From: Myxococcales bacterium
GTDB lineage: Bacteria > Myxococcota_A > UBA9042
Assembly (NCBI GenBank): GCA_037441385.1
Contig: JBBISH010000128.1
Span: 1 to 16,966 of the forward strand
Reading direction: 5' to 3'
Length of the DNA stretch: 16,966 bases
Shown here: positions 6,438-14,589 of the stretch, one piece after another
Position numbering within the stretch: position 1 is the stretch's first letter
How the letters are laid out: each line of letters begins with the position of its first letter
The notes under the pieces: model-generated
Told to the model about the DNA's origin: nothing
The model's database searches: none
Seen by the model: the letters and a program-made list of their open reading frames with translations, nothing else
Translations under genes and position numbers: made by a program

Positions 6438-9008
6438 TCACGGCACCGCCAACGCTTGCTCGATGGCGGCCTGCACGACCCCCGCCTCGTAGCTCCATTT
6501 CGAAAGCACGATCTTGCCGTACTTGTCGACCACGTACACGATCGGCATCGGCGGTCCGGTCATGCCCGCCTGACCCAACAAGGCGTCCAGGACTTGCGAC
6601 GCGTCGTGGCTGTCCGAGGTGCTGAGCGGCGAATAGGTAATCGGAAACGGCAGCTTGACTGCTGCGATCTCGCCCGCGGTGCCCGGCTTGTCCCAAGGGT
6701 TGATGGCCATGATGGCGATCTTGCCCTGGGCCAGCGGTTCCGCCAAGTCCACCACCGCCGATGCCAAGCCCAGCACCGCCACCGGACACGACTGCGCCGC
6801 CACCATCACCACGCCGACCTTGCCCTTGAACAGCGTCGCGCTGCTGATCATCTTCATGTCTTCGTCTTGGTAGTTCAGCACGGGCAGGCTATCGCCCGGC
6901 TGCAACCACGTGGTCTCGCTCACATTGACCGATTGAACCGGCGCGTCGGTGTCGTTGCTCGCCAGCAAGATCCGGTGATCCAACACCCCCTTTTGTGTCT
7001 TGGGCGAGGCGATGGCGATGGTTTTGCTCTCGCCCGGAGCAATCGTCCAGTTACCCGGCAGCTTGACGGTCGCGACCTTGCTGGGCGGCACTTCGTCAAA
7101 GGTGATGCCGCTGATCTGCAGCGCCGTACCGCCGGCGTTGTGAACGCGGATGGAGGTTTTGATAGGGTCGCCCACCTTGACCACCCGCGCCGACACGTTG
7201 GGGTGGGTGATCAGCACCGGGCCCGGCGCCATCGCCGCGGCGTCGACCGTGAATTGGCGCACACCGGTAAACTCGGCGCTCCGCACCAGCTTGGGGCCGA
7301 TTGCGTCGATGTCCATGGCATAGCCAAAGCTGGGGACGGCGCGCAGGGCTCGCCAAGGCTGGCCAACCTTCGGGAATTCCAGCGCCACCACGTGGAAGCC
7401 GCTCGCAGCCAGCACCACGTCGCCCACCTGCGTCGCCGAAAAGATGTGCTCTTGCATGACGAACGTGGCCATCCACTTGGGCGCCAGCGGATTGGTCACG
7501 TCGACCGCGTGCAAGCCGCCGCCCAGGGCCGATACCAGCAGCGGCCCCGGCCCCACGTGCAAGAACGCCGACCGCCCGCTCAGCGGCAGCGACGCCACCA
7601 GCTGACCCGCAGTAGGTCCAGTCATTTGCAGCACTTTCAGGCCCTGAGCGCCGTCCGCCACCGCCAGATGGTCCGTGCCGAGCGGCGCCACGTCCCACAC
7701 ATCGCCCAAGCTGGGCGTGATCGCGACAGGCAGCTCAGTCCACGGCGCGGCCAAGCTGCGGGCCAGCAGACCTTTCTGATGCGCCGCCACCCACAACACG
7801 CCGTCGCGGGCCCCCAGACCCTCCGTCGCCACGCCGGGCAGGGCGATGAGCTGCGGCGTCTGCTTGGCGGCCAGCGGGTCCAGCGCAAAGGCGTGCAAGT
7901 AGCCCGCCCGACTCGAACAAAACACCGTGGTACCCGCTTTGACAAGCCGGTTGCAGAAACTGCCCTCGTGGACCGTCCAATTCCCCAAGATGCCGGGCGG
8001 CAGGGCCGGCGGCGCGGGCAGATCGAAGCTGACCAGCCCATCCTGCGATCCGGCCACCCACATGCGGTCGCCGTCCTGCACCGCCGCCACGTGGTGCGCC
8101 CCACCAAATTTCGTGGGCGGCGTCGCCACGAACGGCCCGGCGAGCAGGCCCGGCGCCGCCACCGTCGCCTGGCACCAGCCCGTCAGCGTAGGTGCGCCCA
8201 AGAACTTGTGCATGGCGATCGGCACCGCCTTGGGCCACTGGCTCGCCTGCGCGGTATCCAGACTCTGCGGCTGGGCGCCCACGCAGTAGACCCCGCCCGC
8301 CAGCGGGCCTTGCTGACCCAGCAGCAGGGCCTGGGCCACCCACACGCCCGGCGGCACGTCTGCCACAAAGGTCTGCGGCAGCGCCGGTTGCATGCCGGTG
8401 AACACGCTGATCGCATCGGCCTCGCCGGCCATGCTGCCCGAGAAAAACAGATTGGCCGGCACCAACTTGACCAGCAGCAGGCCCTTTTCGACCCCTGGCT
8501 CCAGGCTCACTTCCAGGGCCAGCGCAATGGTCGGCGGGGCACTGTCGACCGGGCTGGCAGCGTCCACGGCCGTCGCAATATCCCCGGCCGCAACGGCCTC
8601 GAGTTCGGACACGTCGGGCGCGTCGCCAGCGCCGTCGGGCGCCGCCTCATCCACCGGTTCGGCGTCCGCCACCGCAGCGATTTCGCTATCTTGCGCCGCT
8701 GGCGCGTCCGCTACAGAACCAAACTCCGCTCCGACGTCGGCGCCCGACGCGGTGTCCGCGGCGGCATCGGCTCCGGGATCGGCGGCGGCATCCGTCTCGG
8801 CCCCGGTATCGGCCCCGGTATCGGCACCGGTCGCGGTTCCGGCTCCGGCCGCAGTTTCAGGTGCGGTGTCGGCCGCCACACCGCCGTCAGGTGGCACTGC
8901 CACGCCGGACTGCGAGCACGCCGTCAACCACCACACCAGCAGCGCCGCCAGCATTGCCGGCCGATTTCGTCGCTGCCAGCTTCGCTTGTCGGTGCCAAGA
9001 TCCGCCAT
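6438..9008 (-). CDS. Multidomain lipoprotein: low-complexity linker, LVIVD-like beta-propeller repeats, Ig-like (ASH/choice-of-anchor D-like) domain, C-terminal redoxin/thioredoxin-fold domain
   Basis: Lipobox LTAC (Cys31); D/A/T/G-rich linker; repeats such as 'LAVADGAQGLKVL' and 'GGGLHAVDVTNPLAPK'; 'VHNAGGTALQISGI...IAPGESKTI...SNDTDAP'; 'LQPGDSLP...KGKVGVVMVAAQSCPVA...P.VYVVDKYGKI'. Confidence 0.75.
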   Translation of the reverse strand: MADLGTDKRSWQRRNRPAMLAALLVWWLTACSQSGVAVPPDGGVAADTAPETAAGAGTATGADTGADTGAETDAAADPGADAAADTASGADVGAEFGSVADAPAAQDSEIAAVADAEPVDEAAPDGAGDAPDVSELEAVAAGDIATAVDAASPVDSAPPTIALALEVSLEPGVEKGLLLVKLVPANLFFSGSMAGEADAISVFTGMQPALPQTFVADVPPGVWVAQALLLGQQGPLAGGVYCVGAQPQSLDTAQASQWPKAVPIAMHKFLGAPTLTGWCQATVAAPGLLAGPFVATPPTKFGGAHHVAAVQDGDRMWVAGSQDGLVSFDLPAPPALPPGILGNWTVHEGSFCNRLVKAGTTVFCSSRAGYLHAFALDPLAAKQTPQLIALPGVATEGLGARDGVLWVAAHQKGLLARSLAAPWTELPVAITPSLGDVWDVAPLGTDHLAVADGAQGLKVLQMTGPTAGQLVASLPLSGRSAFLHVGPGPLLVSALGGGLHAVDVTNPLAPKWMATFVMQEHIFSATQVGDVVLAASGFHVVALEFPKVGQPWRALRAVPSFGYAMDIDAIGPKLVRSAEFTGVRQFTVDAAAMAPGPVLITHPNVSARVVKVGDPIKTSIRVHNAGGTALQISGITFDEVPPSKVATVKLPGNWTIAPGESKTIAIASPKTQKGVLDHRILLASNDTDAPVQSVNVSETTWLQPGDSLPVLNYQDEDMKMISSATLFKGKVGVVMVAAQSCPVAVLGLASAVVDLAEPLAQGKIAIMAINPWDKPGTAGEIAAVKLPFPITYSPLSTSDSHDASQVLDALLGQAGMTGPPMPIVYVVDKYGKIVLSKWSYEAGVVQAAIEQALAVP
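8797..8832. repeat. Coding 12-nt tandem repeat x3 (TCGGCCCCGGTA) encoding the DTGA linker repeats
   Basis: tcggccccggta tcggccccggta tcggcaccggtc read directly from the sequence. Confidence 0.8.
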
Positions 9009-9023
9009 GCCGCCAGCCTAGCA
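9009..9023 (-). promoter_or_regulatory. Putative extended -10 promoter for a leaderless lipoprotein mRNA
   Basis: Minus strand TGcTAGGCT, 6 nt, ATG (9008); no clear Shine-Dalgarno sequence. Confidence 0.45.
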
Positions 9024-9070
9024 ATCGCGACCTTGCGTCGCAATGGCGAGCGGGACGCGCTTGCGAATGC

Positions 9071-9814
9071 TCAAACTTGCGGGTCTGCGACGGCGGGCGC
9101 GGGCTGCAGCCCCAGGCGCGTGCGGATCAGCCAGCGGCCCAGATAGACCAGCGGCGTCAGCGCCACCGCCAAAAAGAACTTGAGGATGTAGCCCGTCGCC
9201 GCAATCGGCAAAATCGTGTCCCAGCCGGCGACCTGACCGTCCGGCCCGGGGTTGCCGTAGAACAAAATCGAGGTCACGAAGAACGAGTCGATCGCCTGCG
9301 AAATCACCGTCGAGCCCGTGGCGCGCAGCCACACCATGCGACCGCCGGTCAGGCGCTTGAGCACACCAAACACCGCAATGTCGCTCATCTGCCCGATCAA
9401 GTAGGCGGTCAGCGAGGCCACGTACAACCGGTTGGACATGGCGAACACCTTGTCAAAGCTGTCCTGGCTGATCGGGCTTTCGGGGGCCACGGGCAGGTGG
9501 CGGTCGACCAGGATCAAGCTGAACGACAGGCCCGCGCACAACAGCCCCACATAGGTCACCTGCCGCGCCACCTTGCCGCCGTAGTACTCGTTGATCAAAT
9601 CGGTCAGCAAAAACGTGATCGGAAAGGCCAACATGCCCACCGAGTGCGTCACAAACTCGTAGCCACCCACGCGGAAGAGAGACAGATGAAAAAACTTGCC
9701 ACCGGTGATGTCCGCAACCAGCAGCGCAGTGACGAACAGCGCCGTCAGCAGCGACAGCAGCCGCGAGCGAACGGCCGTTTCGGGCAAAAAGTTTGCGGTC
9801 ACTTGGGATTGCAT
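9071..9814 (-). CDS. yhhQ: Queuosine precursor transporter, VUT/YhhQ family
   Basis: 247-aa multi-TM protein; 'FPITFLLTDLINEYYG', 'ASLTAYLIGQMSDI', 'WLRATGSTVISQAIDS' are VUT family signatures. Confidence 0.9.
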   Translation of the reverse strand: MQSQVTANFLPETAVRSRLLSLLTALFVTALLVADITGGKFFHLSLFRVGGYEFVTHSVGMLAFPITFLLTDLINEYYGGKVARQVTYVGLLCAGLSFSLILVDRHLPVAPESPISQDSFDKVFAMSNRLYVASLTAYLIGQMSDIAVFGVLKRLTGGRMVWLRATGSTVISQAIDSFFVTSILFYGNPGPDGQVAGWDTILPIAATGYILKFFLAVALTPLVYLGRWLIRTRLGLQPAPAVADPQV

Positions 9815-9841
9815 CGCACGCCGAGTTCAAGTATCAAGGGC

Positions 9842-9855
9842 CACGGTGCACCGTG
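9842..9855. promoter_or_regulatory. Perfect 14-bp palindrome in the divergent yhhQ/cyclase intergenic region
   Basis: CACGGTGCACCGTG is its own reverse complement; function unknown. Confidence 0.35.
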
Positions 9856-9904
9856 CGGTATGCGGCCGACCGGCGCCAGCCCCAGCGTAGCAAGGCTGTG
9901 AGAG

Positions 9905-11599
9905 ATGGCACAATTTGTCATCAACACCGAAGGCGTGGAGACCACGGTCAACTTGGCCGATGATCGCGCCTACGTCATCGGCCGGTCGCGCGAGGCCGAC
10001 ATCCACCTGGACGACCCCAGTCTGTCGCGCCGGCACTGCCAGGTGTCCAAGGCCGGTACGCAGTGGTTGCTCAAGGATCTGGGCAGCTTCAACGGCACCT
10101 ACTGCAACAGCCTGGCGATCAGCGAGCACCGCCTGCAGCACGGCGATCAAGTGCAGCTGGGCCTGTCCGTGCTCACCTTTGCCCTGAGCGACGCCGAGCA
10201 GCGGGCCATGGTCAAGTCGGACCTGCCCGACCAAAGCGCCGACATGGCCGAGATGTCGCGCCGCCTGCGCAACTTTATGAGTTTGCTCGATATCTCTAAG
10301 GCGGTCAGCTCGGTGCTCGACACCGACAAGCTGCTGGAGCTCGTCGTCGAGAAGGGCGTAGGGCTGTGCAACGCCGAGCGCGGCTTCCTCATCTTGTTCC
10401 AGAACGGCGAACACGTGTTCCGCGTGGCCCGCCGCCGCGACTGGCAGCCGATCGCCAACCCCGAAAAGGTGATCTCGCGCTCGGTGGTCAACTCGGTGAT
10501 GATGACCGGCGATCCCGTGCTGACCATGGACGCGCAGCAGGATCTGGCCTCGATGAGCCAGACCATCGCCGCCCTAGAGATCCGCTCGCTGATGTGCGCG
10601 CCGCTCAAGGCCAAGGACCGGGTGCTGGGGTGCATTTACGTCGACAGTTCGTTCTCGGAGCAGGACTTTTCGGCCGAGTCGCTGAACCTGCTGCAGGCCT
10701 TTGCCGATCAAGCGGCGATCGCCATCGAAAACGCCAGTTTGTACGACGCCGTCCGCCAGTCGCAGCTGGCCGAAAAACGCGTGCGGCAAATTTTCCAGAA
10801 GTACGTGCCCAAAGACGTGGTCAACCGCGCGCTGCAGCTGCAAGACGGCGGTCGGCTGTCGGCCAAGCAAGTCGCGACCGTTCTTTTCTCGGATATTCGC
10901 GGCTTTACCAGCATGTCCGAGCGAATGGAGCCCGAAGAGGTCGTGTCGTTCTTGAACGACTACCTCAAGCGCATGGTCGAGATCGTCTTTGACGAAGGCG
11001 GCATCGTCGACAAGTTCATCGGCGACGCGGTGATGGCGATCTTTGGCGCACCGCTCTCCAAGCCCGACGATGCCGAACGGGCCATCCGCGCGGCGCAGCG
11101 CATGCTGGTCGAGCTGGACAAGTTCAACGAAGAACAGAAGAAAAAGGGCAGCGGCGTCTTCATCCGCATCGGCATCGGCGTCCACACCGGCCCGCTCATC
11201 GCTGGCAACATCGGCTCGGATCGCAAGATGGAGTACACGGTGATCGGCGACACCGTGAACATCGCGAGCCGCGTGCAAGACCTCACCAAGGAATTCGGTG
11301 TCGAGATCATCATCACGCAGGCCTGCCACGACGCGAGCGGCCACAAAGTGCCCGTGCGGGCGCTGCCGCCGGCGATGGTCAAGGGCAAAGAGAAACCGCT
11401 GACGCTGTTCGAGGTTACGCGCCCTACGGCCGATCACCTCGATTCGCCAACCCTGCATGCGCTGGTCGTGCCGCCGGAGCCGCCGGCGCCCGCCACCCCG
11501 TTGGCCCCGGGCGCGTTTGCTCCGCCGCCGCCGCCCCAGGGCCGCGCCCCAAACGTGCTGCGCGCACCCACGCTGCGGCGGCCGCCTCCGGGGAAATAG
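9905..11599 (+). CDS. FHA-GAF-class III adenylate cyclase
   Basis: FHA: 'IGRS...LSRRHC...DLGSFNGT'. GAF: 'AERGFLIL', 'IRSLMCAPL', 'GCIYVDS', 'AAIAIENA'. Cyclase: 'LFSDIRGFT', 'DKFIGDAVM', 'EYTVIGDTVNIASR'. Pro-rich C-terminal tail. Confidence 0.93.
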   Translation: MAQFVINTEGVETTVNLADDRAYVIGRSREADIHLDDPSLSRRHCQVSKAGTQWLLKDLGSFNGTYCNSLAISEHRLQHGDQVQLGLSVLTFALSDAEQRAMVKSDLPDQSADMAEMSRRLRNFMSLLDISKAVSSVLDTDKLLELVVEKGVGLCNAERGFLILFQNGEHVFRVARRRDWQPIANPEKVISRSVVNSVMMTGDPVLTMDAQQDLASMSQTIAALEIRSLMCAPLKAKDRVLGCIYVDSSFSEQDFSAESLNLLQAFADQAAIAIENASLYDAVRQSQLAEKRVRQIFQKYVPKDVVNRALQLQDGGRLSAKQVATVLFSDIRGFTSMSERMEPEEVVSFLNDYLKRMVEIVFDEGGIVDKFIGDAVMAIFGAPLSKPDDAERAIRAAQRMLVELDKFNEEQKKKGSGVFIRIGIGVHTGPLIAGNIGSDRKMEYTVIGDTVNIASRVQDLTKEFGVEIIITQACHDASGHKVPVRALPPAMVKGKEKPLTLFEVTRPTADHLDSPTLHALVVPPEPPAPATPLAPGAFAPPPPPQGRAPNVLRAPTLRRPPPGK

Positions 11600-11608
11600 G
11601 TGTTTTTC

Positions 11609-12475
11609 CTACAAATCCACTAGCTGGATCTGCGCCCGCTCGACCGGGAAGAACAGGCTGCCCACGCGGGCAAAGCGCTCGATCGAGTCCGTGGCCCACA
11701 GTTCGAGCTGGCCATGTCCCTGCGCTGACTCGGGAAACTGGCTGTACAAGCTGTGGGCGATGGCTTGCGCCGAGTCGACCAGCGCCACCGGCCGGTGCAG
11801 CAGTTCGCCCAGCACCTTGGCGATCAGGGGCTTGAACACCGGGTAGTGGGTGCAACCCAGCACCAGCGTGTCGATGGCCTGCACCGCCGGATCCGCGAGC
11901 CACTGGCCCAAGTAGGCGCGCAAAGTCGCTTCGGTAGCGGGGTGATCGAACCAGCCCTCTTCGGCCAAGCTGACCAGCAGCGGCGTGGCCAGGCCGTGGA
12001 CGCTGACGCTGCTGTCCAGCGCGCGGATGGCGTTGGTGTAGGCGCCCGAGGCGACGGTGCGCTCGGTGCCGATCACGCCCACGTGGCCGGTGCGGGTCGC
12101 GTGCAGGGCCGCCACCGCGCCGGGTTCGATCACGCCCAGCACGCGGGTGCCAAAGGCGCTGCGCAGGGCCGGCAACGCGCACGAACTGACGGTGTTGCAG
12201 GCCACCACCAGCGCGTCGGTGCCGTGGTCGGCCATCAGCCGCGCCGCCGACTGCAGGGCATAACGCGTGACCGTTTCTGCGCTTTTTGTGCCGTAGGGCA
12301 GGCGAGCCGTGTCGCCCAAGAAACGCAGATCCAACCCGGGCAGCGCCCGGTGAACGGCGTCGAGCACGGTAAGACCGCCCACCCCCGAGTCGAAGACGGC
12401 GATCCGCGGCACAGGCGGCCGGGGCGGCGAAACGGGGCTGGTTGGCGACGGTGGGGCGGCGGGCAGGTCGTTCAT
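11609..12475 (-). CDS. murI: Glutamate racemase
   Basis: '[13 protein letters not shown]', '[12 protein letters not shown]', catalytic 'VACNT' and 'LGCTHYP'. The true start may be slightly downstream of 12475. Confidence 0.97.
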   Translation of the reverse strand: MNDLPAAPPSPTSPVSPPRPPVPRIAVFDSGVGGLTVLDAVHRALPGLDLRFLGDTARLPYGTKSAETVTRYALQSAARLMADHGTDALVVACNTVSSCALPALRSAFGTRVLGVIEPGAVAALHATRTGHVGVIGTERTVASGAYTNAIRALDSSVSVHGLATPLLVSLAEEGWFDHPATEATLRAYLGQWLADPAVQAIDTLVLGCTHYPVFKPLIAKVLGELLHRPVALVDSAQAIAHSLYSQFPESAQGHGQLELWATDSIERFARVGSLFFPVERAQIQLVDL

Positions 12476-12526
12476 GGCGCGCAGTTTCGGTTTTCGCTGC
12501 CGCCAAGGTCAAGTATGCTGTCGCTC

Positions 12527-13426
12527 ATGCTGCGCGCCCTGCCGATTCTGCTGTTGCTCGTGGCCCCGCTGCTGGGGGGCTGGACGCAATATACCACCAA
12601 GGAGGCGCACCACTGCGGCCTGCGCTGGTATCCCAACGGCACGGCGCCCCTGCAGGTGCCGATCTCGGTGGACCAAGGCGGGCTCGACGGCATCGCCGCC
12701 AACGCCGTGCTGACCAGCGTGGAAAAGGCGGCCGCTCAGTGGCAAGCGGTCACGTGCCCCGAGGGCCAGGCCGGCGCCAAGCCCGTCGGGTTCACCCTGC
12801 CCAGCAAAGGCCTGCAGCCGCCCACCGCCACGGGGGCCATTTGCCTGGACCCGCCCGGCGCCACCAGCGGCTGCAAGGCCATGGGCAGCAACGGCAACTT
12901 CGTCAAGGCCATCCACCAGGCCAGCGACTGGGCCTATGGCAGCAGCGTGTTCGCCTTGACCATCCTGACCTTTCAACAGTGCACCGGCGAGATCGTCGAC
13001 GCCGATATTCTGCTCGACGACGCCCACCGCGACTTTTGCCTGGACAACTGCGGCCCCGACGAGCAAAGCCTGGACAACACGGTGACCCACGAAATGGGCC
13101 ACTTGCTGGGTCTGGACCACAGCAGCGCCAGCGAAGCCACCATGTATGCCAGCGCGCCGCCTGGCGAAACCAAGAAAAGCACCCTGCACGGCGACGATCG
13201 CCAGGGGCTGTGCGCGGCCTACAGCAGCGGCTGTGGCAAAACGTTCAACTGCGCGACGGCGCCCCTGCCTGCCGCCAGCACGGCCACGACCGGCAGCGAG
13301 AGCGACGGCTGCGCGGCCCAGCCCACCGGCCGGCCGAACTGGATCCTCCTTGGCCTTCTTCCAGTCCTTTTAGGGCTCTTGCGCAGGCGTACATGCACAT
13401 CGACGTCGTCCACGGACCGAACCTGA
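12527..13426 (+). CDS. Secreted matrixin-family (M10-like) zinc metalloprotease with a MYXO-CTERM-like anchor
   Basis: C-terminal part of track ORF 11753..13426. Signal peptide [18 protein letters not shown]; '[10 protein letters not shown]'; [11 protein letters not shown] (13088..13120); Met-turn 'ATMYA'; tail 'GCAAQP...[17 protein letters not shown]'. Alternative ATG at 12515. Confidence 0.88.
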   Translation: MLRALPILLLLVAPLLGGWTQYTTKEAHHCGLRWYPNGTAPLQVPISVDQGGLDGIAANAVLTSVEKAAAQWQAVTCPEGQAGAKPVGFTLPSKGLQPPTATGAICLDPPGATSGCKAMGSNGNFVKAIHQASDWAYGSSVFALTILTFQQCTGEIVDADILLDDAHRDFCLDNCGPDEQSLDNTVTHEMGHLLGLDHSSASEATMYASAPPGETKKSTLHGDDRQGLCAAYSSGCGKTFNCATAPLPAASTATTGSESDGCAAQPTGRPNWILLGLLPVLLGLLRRRTCTSTSSTDRT

Positions 13427-13845
13427 ACCTGCTGGGCCAGCGCGAGCCCGGCATTTATGGCTCCACGACCCTGGCCGAGATCAACGCCGCGCTGGTGGCG
13501 CTGGGCCAACAGCTGGGCGCAACGGTCACCACCTTCCAAAGCAACCACGAAGGCGCGCTCTTGGATCACCTTGCCGAACGTGCCGGCGATGTAGACGCTT
13601 TTATCCTGAACCCAGCCGGCTATACTCACACCAGCGTGGCCCTGCGCGATGCGCTGCTGGCCGTGCGAAAGCCCTTTGTCGAGGTGCACCTGAGCAACAC
13701 CGACGCGCGCGAACCCTTTCGCCGCACGTCGCTGGTTGCCGACATCGCGCTCGGGCGGATCCAGGGTTTGGGTCCGGTCGGCTACGAACTGGCGCTGCGC
13801 GGGCTGATCAGCCGGCTGCAGGCAGGGGATCTGGGCAAGGGTTAG
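13393..13845 (+). CDS. aroQ: Type II 3-dehydroquinate dehydratase
   Basis: C-terminal 150 aa of track ORF 12442..13845, starting at ATG 13393: '[17 protein letters not shown]', 'QSNHEG', '[15 protein letters not shown]', 'EVHLSN...REPFR'. Confidence 0.97.
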   Translation: MHIDVVHGPNLNLLGQREPGIYGSTTLAEINAALVALGQQLGATVTTFQSNHEGALLDHLAERAGDVDAFILNPAGYTHTSVALRDALLAVRKPFVEVHLSNTDAREPFRRTSLVADIALGRIQGLGPVGYELALRGLISRLQAGDLGKG

Positions 13846-13965
13846 GACTCGATCGCAGCGGGGCGGCAGCGGCCCCGGCCAACCATTGGCCATCCGCCAA
13901 GCAGGGCATGGACCAACCACCGCACGTCGCCATCGCGGCGCGCCGCGTCAAGGAAGCAGCAGCAC

Positions 13966-14535
13966 ATGGGCACCATCGATACCGCACAGTTCAAGAAAGG
14001 CCTCAAGTTCGTCATGGACGGCGCCCCGTGGGAAATCGTCGACTTCCAGCACGTCAAGCCGGGCAAGGGTTCGGCGTTCGTCACGACCCGCATCAAGAAC
14101 CTGATCAAGGGCAACACCATCGACAAGACCTTCCGCTCGGGCGATCAGGTGCAAGAGGCCGACTGCGAAGAGGTAGTGTGCGACTACCTGTACAACGACG
14201 GCGAGCACTGGTTCTTTATGAATCAGGCCACCTTCGAGCAGTTCGAAGTGCCGGTCGACTCGGTGGGCGACGCGCGCAACTTCCTGATCGACAACAGCAA
14301 AGTTTCCGTGCTGCTGTACAACAACAAGCCGATCCAGATCATGCCGCCCAACTTCATCGTGGCCAAGCTGATCGACTGCGATCCGGCCGTGGCGGGCAAT
14401 ACCGCCACCGGCGCCACCAAGGTCGTCACGATCGAGACGGGCTACAAGCTGGCGGTGCCGCTGTACATTACCATCGACGATCAGCTGCAGATCGATACGC
14501 GCGACGGCCGCTACGTGAACCGCGCCGCCAAGTAG
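13966..14535 (+). CDS. efp: Translation elongation factor P
   Basis: 189 aa; 'FQHVKPGKGSAF' with Lys34, 'YLYNDGE', 'ETG...VPLYI', 'IDTRDGRYVNR'; AAGGA upstream. Confidence 0.97.
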   Translation: MGTIDTAQFKKGLKFVMDGAPWEIVDFQHVKPGKGSAFVTTRIKNLIKGNTIDKTFRSGDQVQEADCEEVVCDYLYNDGEHWFFMNQATFEQFEVPVDSVGDARNFLIDNSKVSVLLYNNKPIQIMPPNFIVAKLIDCDPAVAGNTATGATKVVTIETGYKLAVPLYITIDDQLQIDTRDGRYVNRAAK

Positions 14536-14589
14536 CCACGCTGCGTCGCGTCGCTACCTCCCGGCGGGGGATCCGCGAAGGAGCCAGCC

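Noticed and set aside
4434..9146. 1570-aa plus-strand ORF
   Set aside because: Antisense shadow of three same-frame minus-strand genes; no plausible protein features.
11590..11612. Terminator between the convergent cyclase and murI genes
   Set aside because: Only a weak GGAAA/TTTCC stem in a 9-nt gap; not a convincing intrinsic terminator.
11753..12514. N-terminal 254 aa of track ORF 11753..13426
   Set aside because: Antisense to murI; the real protease starts at the signal peptide (12515 or 12527).
12442..13392. N-terminal extension of the aroQ-containing ORF (apparent fusion)
   Set aside because: Alternative frame over the matrixin gene with Arg/Gly-rich nonsense composition; AroQ homology starts at ATG 13393.
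14532..14557. GTAGC...GCTAC hairpin at the efp stop as a REP element or terminator
   Set aside because: Single imperfect copy whose GTAG includes the stop codon, no U-tract, and no similarity to the HUH-adjacent units.
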